This document shows, piece after piece, positions 48,155-57,731 of a DNA stretch of 64,000 nucleotides; positions within the stretch are counted from its first letter, which is position 1, and every line of letters begins with the position of its first letter. A program made the translations under genes and the position numbers. Source of the stretch: an uncultured Candidatus Binatia bacterium (GTDB lineage: Bacteria > Desulfobacterota > Binatia > UBA9968 > CAXXLF01); contig OZ244621.1 in NCBI GenBank assembly GCA_965218425.1, forward strand, positions 448,001 through 512,000, written 5' to 3'. Below the pieces are notes generated by a model. It was not told the origin of the DNA and did not search any database. It worked only from the letters and a program-made list of their open reading frames with translations.

Positions 48155-49069
48155 TTATGGCCGCTGTTTCAAAAAGTGAACGAACGCAAGTGAAACCGGC
48201 GAAAGAAGGTGGCTACGATGATAAACTTGATAGAAGTCCCGTTCTAGCTTGAATCCTCGAATAGGGACAACCTTGAGGAAACCGTCCTGGACGTCCCTGT
48301 GGATGGATGTCCTGGAGAGGATGGAAACTCCCAGTCCGGCAATGAGAGCCTCTTTGATGGCGGCAGTGCTGCCCAGCTCCATGGTCAGGTTGAGTAATTT
48401 TTCCGGCGCATATCCTTTCCTGGCCAGCTGGCTCTTAAAGGAACGTAGGGTCCCCGAACCTCCTTCCCGTGAAATATAATTCACCTGGGAGAGGTCTTTT
48501 ATTTCAATAGATTTGACGCGACTCCATGGATGGTTCTTGGGAACCACTAAAACCATCTCATCCCTCCAAATCCGATGGAAGGACAGCCTTCGGTCCTCGC
48601 CCTTGAAGCCCACGAAACCCACCTCCACCTTGCCGTCCATAACCTCTTCCAAGATCCCGGCGGAGTCGCCGATCCTGAGAACCGGTTTGACCTCGGGGAA
48701 CTGCCGGATAAAGGCCCCCAGTATGCCCGGCAGGATGTATTCCCCGGGGATATTGCTGCCACCCACGCGCAGCACACCCCTGACCTTCCCCTGGAACCCA
48801 TCCACGGCTGCCAAGGTTTCCCGCTTCAACTCGAGCAAAACCCGGGCTCTTTCCAAAAGGAGACGACCGAGATTTGTGGTGGTCACCTCACCCCCCACGC
48901 GGCTCAGGAGCTTCGACCCAAGACTCTCCTCTAGCTCACGGACATGCGCGCTTACAGTGGGCTGTCGGAGTAAGAGGTGCTCCGCGGCAAGAGAAAAGTT
49001 CTTGAGTTCCGCAACCCAATAAAACACCTCCAGTTTGTGGAGATCCAACTCGCCTTTGACTTTGGACAT
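48155..49069 (-). CDS. LysR regulator, CysL-like / selenium-metabolism-associated type
   Basis: QPTVSAHV..LE, GGSNIPGEYILP, IGDS, REGGSGT, ELGSTAAIKEA. Confidence 0.88.
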   Translation of the reverse strand: MSKVKGELDLHKLEVFYWVAELKNFSLAAEHLLLRQPTVSAHVRELEESLGSKLLSRVGGEVTTTNLGRLLLERARVLLELKRETLAAVDGFQGKVRGVLRVGGSNIPGEYILPGILGAFIRQFPEVKPVLRIGDSAGILEEVMDGKVEVGFVGFKGEDRRLSFHRIWRDEMVLVVPKNHPWSRVKSIEIKDLSQVNYISREGGSGTLRSFKSQLARKGYAPEKLLNLTMELGSTAAIKEALIAGLGVSILSRTSIHRDVQDGFLKVVPIRGFKLERDFYQVYHRSHLLSPVSLAFVHFLKQRP

Positions 49070-49161
49070 GCCCTTCACTTCCCCCTTGGACCTCTCTGCT
49101 AACAAAATGCACCCCATGAGCCCCAAGGGCGGGTTCACCGGACAAAGATCTCTTTGCAGAC

Positions 49162-49407
49162 CTATTGGGTAAGGACTTTTCTGGCGAGACCACGTACTTG
49201 AGCCGTAACGGGGCGCATGGAATACACAACCGTTTCCCAGATCTCATCGTCTGTTGCACCGTGCTTGCGAGCCTCCCCGAGATGACGCTTAACTCCCGAT
49301 TCATTTCCAATGGCCAGGTTAACCGCGAATCGGATCAATTCGCCCACCTTGGGTTCCAAGGAACCTTCCTTAAACTTGACTTCAAAAAATTCCGCTTCCT
49401 TAGCCAT
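49162..49407 (-). CDS. Carboxymuconolactone decarboxylase (AhpD-like) small protein without Cys
   Basis: LEPKVGELIRFAVNLA...H...ARKHGATDDEIWE; RBS AAGGAGG. Confidence 0.8.
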   Translation of the reverse strand: MAKEAEFFEVKFKEGSLEPKVGELIRFAVNLAIGNESGVKRHLGEARKHGATDDEIWETVVYSMRPVTAQVRGLARKVLTQ

Positions 49408-49613
49408 GGGTATGCCTCCTTTATTTTGGAAGTATTCTCTCTTGAGGGTAGGGTTTACCGCGTTCGCGCAGACAAGTCTACCCTGGTGACAAACTGAAAG
49501 TGACAAATTCTGAGGGCCCTCATCACACGCTAGAACCGAGCTAGTCCCTCCAGAGAACCCTCATTGCCTTTGTTCGCCGTGGCGGTTATCATCTTTGTAT
49601 TATGTTCAGAACC

Positions 49614-50693
49614 ATGGTCAAAGCCTCCCTCCTTGAGAACATTCATAAGGCCAATGGAGCCGAGTTCCGAGCTGAGGACGGTTGGCGCCTTCCACTCCAT
49701 TTCGGCGCTCCCCTCGATGAATACCAAGCCGTTCGCTCGCGGGTGGGTCTCTTGGATCACTGCAATCGTAGCCTTCTCCGTTTTACCGGTGAGGACAGGG
49801 TCCCTTTCCTCCAGGGCATGGTTTCCAATGATGTAACAAAGCTACGCCCAGGCCAAGGTATGTTCGCAACCTTTGCCGACGTCCAGGGAAAGCTACTGGC
49901 CGATACGGAAATATTCTGCACGGAGGACTCATTCTTGGTGAAACTCTTCGAATCATTGAGCAATAAGATACAGACTCATCTCCAAAAGTACCTCATTGCA
50001 GACGATGTGGAGATTGCCGACCTGGCGGATGAATATGGGATCATGTCCCTTCAGGGAACCGAATCAACCCCATTGCTGGAGGAACTGTCCGATTCAAAGG
50101 CCTTGCCCGACCAAGAGCTGAGTCATGGAGAGTTTCAAATGGGTATCCACAGTTGCCGCCTCGTGCGAGCGTCCCACACAGGGGAAACCGGATATGACCT
50201 TTGGATCACCCCAAATGACCTTCCCGCACTGGCGGCATTAATACAAGAAAAGGGCCGAGCCTTTTCCGCGCAATGGGTGGGCATGGAGGCCCAAGAGATC
50301 CTCAGGGTTGAGGCAGGAATCCCCCGTTACGGTGTGGACATGGACCAAGAAAACCTCGTACTGGAGACGAACCTGGAGGATTCCGTGAATTTTGACAAGG
50401 GCTGCTACCTAGGCCAAGAGGTGATCGAAAGAATCCACTCCCGGGGTCATGTGAACAGGAAGCTCGTGGGCATGGTCCTTGAGGGAGAAAGCCCAGCCCA
50501 GAGAGGGGATCCAATCAAAGCGGAAACCAAAGAGGTAGGAAGGGTAACGAGTTCTGTCTTTTCACCCCTGCTTAAACGGCCCCTGGCGCTGGGTTATGTC
50601 CAAAAGAGTTGTACCCCTCCCGGGACCTCCGTCATCATCGGAACGGAAAAACCCGTTACCGCCACCATTTCTCCCCTTCCCTTCAGCCGGTAA
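49614..50693 (+). CDS. YgfZ/GcvT-family folate-binding protein
   Basis: KGCYLGQE motif; LRVEAGIP. Confidence 0.92.
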   Translation: MVKASLLENIHKANGAEFRAEDGWRLPLHFGAPLDEYQAVRSRVGLLDHCNRSLLRFTGEDRVPFLQGMVSNDVTKLRPGQGMFATFADVQGKLLADTEIFCTEDSFLVKLFESLSNKIQTHLQKYLIADDVEIADLADEYGIMSLQGTESTPLLEELSDSKALPDQELSHGEFQMGIHSCRLVRASHTGETGYDLWITPNDLPALAALIQEKGRAFSAQWVGMEAQEILRVEAGIPRYGVDMDQENLVLETNLEDSVNFDKGCYLGQEVIERIHSRGHVNRKLVGMVLEGESPAQRGDPIKAETKEVGRVTSSVFSPLLKRPLALGYVQKSCTPPGTSVIIGTEKPVTATISPLPFSR

Positions 50694-50802
50694 CACTTTG
50701 CCACCGCTTCGTACCTGACCGGTGTAATTTTTTGCATTCCCCGCTAGCTGCAAAGAGAGTATGATCTTATAAAAGCAGTTAATACTTGAGGAGGAAGTTT
50801 CA

Positions 50803-51801
50803 ATGGCAACACGCATCGCAATCAACGGATTCGGTCGAATTGGGCGCCTGTGCCTGCGTTCCATGCTGGAACGACACAGAGACCTATCCGTTGTGGCGAT
50901 CAATGACATGGCCGACCTGGAGACCAACGCGCACCTGTTGCAATACGATTCCACCTATGGAAATTTTTCCGGCTCCTTGAGCATCGGCGAGGGAGTCCTC
51001 AAAGTCAACGGTTCGAATATTGCGGTTCTTAACGAGAAGGACCCCACAAGGCTGCCCTGGAAAAAACTCGGTGTGGATATCGTTATCGAGTCAACGGGAG
51101 TTTTTACCGACGGGCTCAAAGCACGAATCCATATCGAGGCGGGGGCTAAAAAAGTTCTCATAACCGCACCGGCAAAAAATGAAGACCTCACCGTAGTTTT
51201 GGGAGTGAACGACAGCGCCTATAACCCCAAAAAGCATCAGATCGTATCAAATGCATCCTGTACCACCAACTGCTTGGCCCCTGTGGTGAAAACCCTTCAT
51301 GACAAGTTTGGCATAGCAAGAGGCCTGATGACCACCACCCACGCCTATACCAACGACCAGCGGATCCTGGACCTGATGCATAAGGATCTGAGGAGGGCGC
51401 GGGCTGCTGGGATGAATATTGTTCCCACCACCACAGGTGCAGCCGTCGCCATTGGACTGGTGATACCGGAAATGCGTGGGAAACTCGACGGTCTCTCGCT
51501 TCGGGTCCCCACATCAACGGTATCCATTGTCGACCTGGTGTTGGATCTCAAGCGAGCCACATCCACCGAAGAAATTAACAATGCGCTGAAAAAAACGGCT
51601 GAGAGTATGCTCCTGGGCATTATGGCTTACACCGACAAGCCGCTAGTTTCCAGCGACTTCCGCGGCAATCCGGCGTCGTCCATTGTGGATGGCCTATCCA
51701 CCACTGTACTGCATGGGAAAATGGCCAAGGTGCTCGCCTGGTATGATAATGAGTGGGGTTATAGCTGTAGGGTTGGCGACCTGGCCGCTCGCATGATATG
51801 A
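50803..51801 (+). CDS. gap: Type I glyceraldehyde-3-phosphate dehydrogenase
   Basis: INGFGRIGR, SNASCTTNCLAP, WYDNEWGYS. Confidence 0.98.
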   Translation: MATRIAINGFGRIGRLCLRSMLERHRDLSVVAINDMADLETNAHLLQYDSTYGNFSGSLSIGEGVLKVNGSNIAVLNEKDPTRLPWKKLGVDIVIESTGVFTDGLKARIHIEAGAKKVLITAPAKNEDLTVVLGVNDSAYNPKKHQIVSNASCTTNCLAPVVKTLHDKFGIARGLMTTTHAYTNDQRILDLMHKDLRRARAAGMNIVPTTTGAAVAIGLVIPEMRGKLDGLSLRVPTSTVSIVDLVLDLKRATSTEEINNALKKTAESMLLGIMAYTDKPLVSSDFRGNPASSIVDGLSTTVLHGKMAKVLAWYDNEWGYSCRVGDLAARMI

Positions 51802-51826
51802 CAGAATCCCTACAAGGAGAGATTCC

Positions 51827-52216
51827 ATGGTTGCCGTCGACATCATGACCAAGAAGGTGATTACCGTGAGCCCCACCACCAGTGTCAAGGATTTGGCCAA
51901 GGCGCTGACAAAAAACAAGATCAGCGGTGCACCGGTTACGGATAAAAACGGGAAACTTCTCGGCATCGTTTCCCGCACTGATGTGGTAGCTAAGAGCGGC
52001 GCAAAGGTCAAAGATATTATGAGCAAGGACCTTATCAGTGCCAATGAAGACACCCCCGTGGAGGAGATTGCCAACCTCCTTACCACCCACAGGATCAATC
52101 GCGTGCCAGTCCTACGAGGGAAAAAATTGGTGGGAATAGTGAGCAGGACCGATATCGTCAGGGCCATCGCCATGGGGAAGCACATCGCGCTGCACACCCC
52201 CATCTATGACCTCTAG
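51827..52216 (+). CDS. CBS-domain pair protein
   Basis: Two CBS repeats (ISGAPV..GKLLGIVSRTD; INRVPV..KLVGIVSRTD). Confidence 0.93.
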   Translation: MVAVDIMTKKVITVSPTTSVKDLAKALTKNKISGAPVTDKNGKLLGIVSRTDVVAKSGAKVKDIMSKDLISANEDTPVEEIANLLTTHRINRVPVLRGKKLVGIVSRTDIVRAIAMGKHIALHTPIYDL

Positions 52217-52255
52217 CAGCGACCACTCCACGGAAACGAGTATTCCTTAGCTCGA

Positions 52256-52723
52256 TCAGCCCTTGTTGATCTTATCCAGCTCCGCGAGGAGGTCTTTATT
52301 GTCGGGGATCCCCTTCTCGTACAACTGCTGAAAGCGCACGACACCCTGCTTGTCGATGATGAAAACTGCTCGTTTGGGGTACCCCTGAGGCCTGAGGCAA
52401 TCGTACTTGGCAGTGATTTCGCCGTGGGGATAAAAGTCCGACAACATGGGGAAATTGATCCCCCCCATTTGTTCAGCAAAGGCTTTGTGTGAAAATACTG
52501 AATCGACGCTTACGCTCAGGACCTGAGCGTCTTTGGCCTCGAAGCTCTTTCGTTCGGCTTCGAAGTTGATGATCTCCTGTCTTCACCCGCCTGTGAAGTC
52601 CAGGGGATAGAACGCCAGCACCACGTTTTTTTTACCAACGAAGTCACTTAATGCAACTTTATCCTCTCTCGTAACCGGAAGAGAAAAATCCGGAGCCTTG
52701 TCACCCACGCTCGGCATCGCCAT
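52256..52723 (-). CDS. Selenocysteine-containing peroxiredoxin (AhpC/TSA family), 155 aa
   Basis: [16 protein letters not shown]...[16 protein letters not shown](52585-52583)-RQEIINF...[11 protein letters not shown]...LSDFYPHG...[19 protein letters not shown]; hairpin at +18..+46. Confidence 0.9.
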
Positions 52724-52795
52724 ATCGATCTCCTTAAGATTTATTCTATTGCTCGTACCCTAGGCCCGTTAGCCCGTCGCACAGTCACAATGTGA

Positions 52796-53341
52796 CTAGC
52801 ATAGTATTGACTTACAATAAAGCTTGATGTAATCCTCCAGGGCCTCTCGTGTGCTGGGAAAGGCTAATTGTTCCCACGGAAGTTCGGAAGTGCTGAAAGA
52901 CTTAGCCTCAGTGGATTCGTCAAGGGGTTTCAGTTCACCACCCACCACCTCTGCAGAGTATACAACAATAACATCGCGCGCGCGTGGATATGAATAGACA
53001 CCAACAAGAGACCCGAGCCGTACGTCCATGTCAGACTCCTCCTTGGTTTCACGAACGGCCGCATCCCTCACGCTTTCCCCGCGATCCACATAACCACCCG
53101 GGAATACCCACTTACCCATGGCCGGCTCAATCCCCCGGCGCAACAGGACCACTTTGTTCTCGATAGTAAAAATAGCTCCGGCCACAACCTTCGGGTCTAG
53201 ATAAAAGACAAAGGAACACTTCCCGCAGACCAATCGATCCGGTTCGTTCGGTTTCAGCTTGCGGGATTCTAATCTAGCGCCGCAGCGGGGACAGAACCGG
53301 TATGGGTCATGTCCGTGATGGTGATGATTTTCGGCTGCCAT
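52796..53341 (-). CDS. NUDIX hydrolase with N-terminal zinc ribbon
   Basis: FCPRCG...CGKC; GGYVDRGESVRDAAVRETKEES Nudix box. Confidence 0.94.
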   Translation of the reverse strand: MAAENHHHHGHDPYRFCPRCGARLESRKLKPNEPDRLVCGKCSFVFYLDPKVVAGAIFTIENKVVLLRRGIEPAMGKWVFPGGYVDRGESVRDAAVRETKEESDMDVRLGSLVGVYSYPRARDVIVVYSAEVVGGELKPLDESTEAKSFSTSELPWEQLAFPSTREALEDYIKLYCKSILC

Positions 53342-53402
53342 TGGCTTTTCCTTCCCGTAGAACGAGTTGAAATAAAACAGTGGATCCGTTAACCCTAGGG
53401 AC

Positions 53403-54101
53403 ATGTTACGGGCTGTCATCTTCGATTTCAACGGCGTGCTCATCGACGACGAGCCGGTTCACCTTGAGATGTTCCAGAAGGTTCTGAAAGACGAGGGCCT
53501 ATCACTGGATGCAAAGGACTATTACGAGCACTATCTAGGCTTCGACGACCCCGGGTGCTTCAAGGCCTATTATAAGCGGGCCGGTCACATCCTTGGTGAC
53601 ACGACTCTCGAAGAGCTGGTCCAACGCAAGGCACAATACTACCGTGAGTCTATTGAAAACCGAATGGTTGTATTCCCTGGAGTCAAACAACTCATCCCGG
53701 AGCTTTCCGCACAAATCCCTCTGGCCATCGCCTCCGGGGCTTTGAGAAGTGAAATCGAATTAATTCTAGAAAAAATTAACTTAAAAAAACACTTCCGAGG
53801 TATTGTGTCGGCGGAAGACGTCAACGAAGGGAAACCCAATCCCGAAATATATAACAAGGCACTCGATCTGTTGAAACAAGCGGCAAAGGGCGCTTCCATT
53901 GAACCGTCAGAATGTCTGGCCATGGAGGATTCCCGTGAGGGCATTCGTGCGGCCCACGGCGCACGGTTAAAATGCCTGGCTATAACCAATTCCCATTCCG
54001 AAAACGAGCTCTCGGAAGCGGACTGTGTGGTCCAAAGCCTGGAACAAGTCAACCTGAACTTTCTCGACAATCTTGTGTCCACTCCGAAAAAGCCGGCTTG
54101 A
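53403..54101 (+). CDS. HAD-family phosphatase (beta-PGM-like)
   Basis: FDFNGVL, ASGA, GKPNPEIY, MEDS. Confidence 0.93.
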   Translation: MLRAVIFDFNGVLIDDEPVHLEMFQKVLKDEGLSLDAKDYYEHYLGFDDPGCFKAYYKRAGHILGDTTLEELVQRKAQYYRESIENRMVVFPGVKQLIPELSAQIPLAIASGALRSEIELILEKINLKKHFRGIVSAEDVNEGKPNPEIYNKALDLLKQAAKGASIEPSECLAMEDSREGIRAAHGARLKCLAITNSHSENELSEADCVVQSLEQVNLNFLDNLVSTPKKPA

Positions 54102-54449
54102 CACCAATCACCACGTTGAAGAATGGCTAGACATCCCGCCAAAAAAACAGTCATTCCGATGTCGGCAAGCCGCTAAACCTCCATTACTAATCTGTCCTCC
54201 TCTACTCAAAGATGGCCATAGTCCTGAGCTGTGATATGCCGACATACAAGTCAGTGTTTGCCTAACTCTTTGGGTTTAATGATCCCTTTGTATCTCATTG
54301 AAAGTGGAGTAGAATTTTAACTGTACGTCGATCGGTAAAATTATAATATGCCGCCATAAGCCGGAAATATGCCGGTCAGCGTACTACTTGGCGTTAGATT
54401 GCAAACCCGCAGTTGGAGTCTTATGGAACATCGTAGAAGACAATCAAAA

Positions 54450-54863
54450 ATGCGTGATGAAACCTTACGCGAACATCCGATCATTTTCTTCGACGGTGTC
54501 TGTTGGATCTGCAATGGATTCGTTGACATGATCATAAGAGCCGATACGAGAGGCGTATTTCGTTTCGCGACACTTCAGGGGGAGACGGCAAAGGAGATTC
54601 TATCCACGCAACCTGAAAATACCAGCGACTGGTCGATGATCTATGTAGATGACCGTGGCATTCACGAGCAGTCGGATGCATCTTTGGAAGTCTATAGGCG
54701 TTTGGGAGGGTTTTGGAAACTTTTTAGCCTGGCGCAAATTATTCCGCGCGTAATTCGCACCCCCGTATACCGGGTCATTGCCAGGAATCGATATCGGTGG
54801 TTTGGGCGAAGAGACTCATGTCGAATTCCAAGTGAATCCGAAAAGGAGCGATTCCTACCCTAA
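54450..54863 (+). CDS. DCC1-like thiol-disulfide oxidoreductase (DUF393)
   Basis: FFDGVCWIC, FATLQG, YRVIARNRYRWFG. Confidence 0.9.
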   Translation: MRDETLREHPIIFFDGVCWICNGFVDMIIRADTRGVFRFATLQGETAKEILSTQPENTSDWSMIYVDDRGIHEQSDASLEVYRRLGGFWKLFSLAQIIPRVIRTPVYRVIARNRYRWFGRRDSCRIPSESEKERFLP

Positions 54864-55145
54864 GCTGGACAACGAAAAACATCCGAGATCATGAGTTGAA
54901 CATCCATTTGTCGAGGATGGTAGCAATTTAAGTATCTTAATCGTCGGGGGATCTGGAAACCTGGGATCCCATCTGACCAAGTCCCTAACGAAAGGTTCTC
55001 GACTTTGAAGGAAGGCCGGAGCATCTGTTGAGGGTCAAAAGACGTAAATGATAACGAGAAAGCTTATGTTCGGACGGACGCCTCTGTACCCCGCCGAGCT
55101 TTAACGTCATTTTTTTATTCAAGACGGCACGTGAACGAAACCTCC

Positions 55146-55766
55146 ATGCCTGCGCCACTCACCACGACCAGATTGCTTCGAGGCGTCAAGGAGCTCAGCG
55201 CGAGAGATAGAGATCTCGCAGGAGTCGTTGAGCGCTTTGGCCCCCCGCCACTTTGGGCGCGACGCCCGGGCTTCGCGGCATTAGTCCGCATCATACTGGA
55301 GCAACAGGTATCGCTCGCATCCGCCCGCGCGGCCTACGCTCGGCTCAAAGCTGCGGCCGGCCGCGTTACGCCTCATCATATCGCAAGTATTAGTCATGCC
55401 CGGCTCCGCACATACGGTCTCACACGCCAAAAGGCAGCCTATTGTAGGAATCTCGCCAAATGCGTTGTGGGTCGTAATCTTACGCTCGGTCACCTCTCGC
55501 AACTTGATGATCTCGCGGCACGTTCAAAATTACTCCAGGTTTCCGGCATCGGACCGTGGACTGCGGACATCTACCTGTTAATGGTGCTTCGTCGCCCTGA
55601 TATTTGGCCTGACGGCGATCTTGCGCTGGCCAAAGCTACGCAGCAGGTTAAACGACTCCGCAGTTATCCAAGCCAGGAAAAGCTTCAACGTATCGCCAGA
55701 GCGTGGGCACCTTGGAGAGCCGTTGCAGCCCGCATCCTTTGGCACGTCTACCTATCGAGTAGATGA
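55146..55766 (+). CDS. DNA-3-methyladenine glycosylase II (AlkA/HhH-GPD family)
   Basis: ILEQQVSLASA, GIGPWTADIYL, WPDGDLAL, WAPWRAVAARILWH. Confidence 0.93.
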   Translation: MPAPLTTTRLLRGVKELSARDRDLAGVVERFGPPPLWARRPGFAALVRIILEQQVSLASARAAYARLKAAAGRVTPHHIASISHARLRTYGLTRQKAAYCRNLAKCVVGRNLTLGHLSQLDDLAARSKLLQVSGIGPWTADIYLLMVLRRPDIWPDGDLALAKATQQVKRLRSYPSQEKLQRIARAWAPWRAVAARILWHVYLSSR

Positions 55767-55772
55767 TGGTTG

Positions 55773-56100
55773 CTATTCGCCTTCCTTGCGAGAGGGCTCT
55801 TCGAGATGCAACCTGCCAATGAGTGTGAGAAGAATGGCGAATAAGGGGGCTAGACCTGAAAACCCAAAGGCGGCGGCCAGGGTAACCCTCTTGGTGATGA
55901 AGCCCAACACGAGTGGACCTATTGCATGTCCGGCGTCATATAACATCATATTCGTGGCGTTGGCACAACCCCACCGGCTGCGCGGTACGCGATCCAAAAT
56001 CATGGCTCGTAGGACCGGCTGTGTCGTGCCAAATCCCATATCCCAAAACAACGCCACCAGGGGCAGCGTCCATACTGCCTACGTAAATGAAAGCACAAGC
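55773..56100 (-). pseudogene. C-terminal fragment of an MFS transporter
   Basis: GFGTTQPVLRAMILDRVPRSRWGCANA...YDAGHAIGPLVLG; N-terminal part absent. Confidence 0.7.
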
Positions 56101-56214
56101 GCAGCTAGCCCTACTTCTCAGCGGCATCGCGGGCGCGGCGTTCGGCTTGATAAACCTGGTGTTGACACCCCGGAGAGGGTCGGGTTTGAATAATCGAATG
56201 GAGCCTTGAATCGG

Positions 56215-57690
56215 CTAACTGCGAAAGACGAGGGATTTGATCACCACGGGAACGGCGCCCGAGGAATGAATCAGAGCACCGATATCAACGAAGTCAAACT
56301 CACGCAGATCGATCCCATCGATGGAGATAACAGGGTTCTCTAGATGCATCTCCTCTTTGAGATGAAGCCCGAGCACTCCCCCAACGTCACCATCACTCAC
56401 CAGCACGAGAGGGTTGCCCTTGGCTAGAATGTTCTTCAGGGCGTCTTTCAACCCCGAGCAAAATCCCTGCATGCGTGTAAAGGTAGCCGAGCCTTCCCAA
56501 TGAAATGCCACGGCAACGGGCTGGGTGGATTGAAGGAGATCCATCCGGTTCAACGCACGCTCAGCGGCACTTTTGATCTCCCCTTCACGAATCTCCTCAC
56601 CCTCCAGGGAAAACTCAGGGGTCACAACCGGCAGGCTTCGCACCGGCAAGATCTCGGCGGGATTGACAAAAATGGTACTGCCACTTACCTGGACCGTGTA
56701 TTGAGACGCGCCTATGGCCGTGGCGCGAATGCGGGCGGCCGGTTCGATGATGGGGACACCTGAACTCTCAACGCGCTTTCTCACTTCGGCTGCCAGTAAG
56801 GAGCCAAGGTCACCGTAGGAACCTGGTTCCTTGCCGTAGATGAATTCAGAGACGCCTCCAGAAAAGCTGACGGACTCAATCCTCCCCTTAAAGGACAAAG
56901 GAGGGAGGCGTAGGAGCGAACGCGTTTTAAAAGAGATATCGCCGGGAGCAATAACCTCAATGAGCCGGTCTGCCATGTTCGAAGACATGGTTCGCAAGGA
57001 CTCCTCGTCTACCCTTACCCCGAGAGTCAATTCCAAGCCTGCGGATGCCCCGTGTATCCTTCCGGCCTCCTCGATGCGAGTCAAAGTTTTGTCTTCGTCG
57101 AAGGCCACAAGACGCGCACCAACGTCAATGGCCGTCACCTCGCGCACACGACCCTCGGAGCACAGGGCTAGTTTGCTCGTTCCGCCCCCGATATCGATAT
57201 TCAACGTCATTCCGTTGGAACCGCTGGACCGCGCCACCGCACCCGAACCATGGGCAGCCATGGTGGCTTCAAGGCCGTCCCCCGCACTCACGGAGACGAA
57301 ACGTCCGGCTTCCTCAGCGAACAGCTCACCAATGGCACGCGCGTTACGTCGGCGCAGGGCAACACCGGTAAGAATTAGTGCACCCGTGTCCACCTGATCT
57401 CTCGTAAGGCCGGCTATCTGGTACTGCCTGTTGATAAACCCCTCCAACACCTCTACGTCGATCTTGATTTCATCCACATAGGGGGTCAGGAGAATTTCCG
57501 ATTCATTGAGAACGGTGCGACTCACAACGACGTATCGGCTGTGCTGTTGTTCCAATATGAGTCTGGAAAAGATGAGATGGGTAGTAGACGAGCCGATGTC
57601 CACTCCCACGCTTGTGAGCTGGATCTCCTCTTCCTCAACAATGTGCCTGGATGCACCGGTAAAACCGAGGCGTTGTCGTCGAGCGTCCAT
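56215..57690 (-). CDS. eutA: EutA-family (ethanolamine ammonia-lyase reactivating factor-like) ASKHA ATPase
   Basis: SVGVDIGSSTTHLIFS, DTGALILTG, NIDIGGGTSK, IRATAIGASQYTVQVSGSTI, VPVVIKSLVF. Confidence 0.9.
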   Translation of the reverse strand: MDARRQRLGFTGASRHIVEEEEIQLTSVGVDIGSSTTHLIFSRLILEQQHSRYVVVSRTVLNESEILLTPYVDEIKIDVEVLEGFINRQYQIAGLTRDQVDTGALILTGVALRRRNARAIGELFAEEAGRFVSVSAGDGLEATMAAHGSGAVARSSGSNGMTLNIDIGGGTSKLALCSEGRVREVTAIDVGARLVAFDEDKTLTRIEEAGRIHGASAGLELTLGVRVDEESLRTMSSNMADRLIEVIAPGDISFKTRSLLRLPPLSFKGRIESVSFSGGVSEFIYGKEPGSYGDLGSLLAAEVRKRVESSGVPIIEPAARIRATAIGASQYTVQVSGSTIFVNPAEILPVRSLPVVTPEFSLEGEEIREGEIKSAAERALNRMDLLQSTQPVAVAFHWEGSATFTRMQGFCSGLKDALKNILAKGNPLVLVSDGDVGGVLGLHLKEEMHLENPVISIDGIDLREFDFVDIGALIHSSGAVPVVIKSLVFRS

Positions 57691-57731
57691 GCTGTTCCTT
57701 CAGTGGATAAATGATTGGCGAAGCGAGGGTA

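Noticed and set aside
49162..49407. AhpD-like protein as another selenoprotein
   Set aside because: No in-frame TGA; the CxxC-equivalent positions read NESG.
50803..51801. gap as part of a GAPDH-ArsJ arsenate detoxification system
   Set aside because: No arsJ-like MFS gene is adjacent and arsC is more than 10 kb away.
54929..54990. LSILIVGGSGNLGSHLTKSL Rossmann-like peptide
   Set aside because: Only about 20 codons; at most a tiny relic of an epimerase gene.
55050..55112. attC-like sequence upstream of the glycosylase gene (also a partial one at ~5088-5110)
   Set aside because: Core sites and arm pairing are too degenerate to call without a covariance model.
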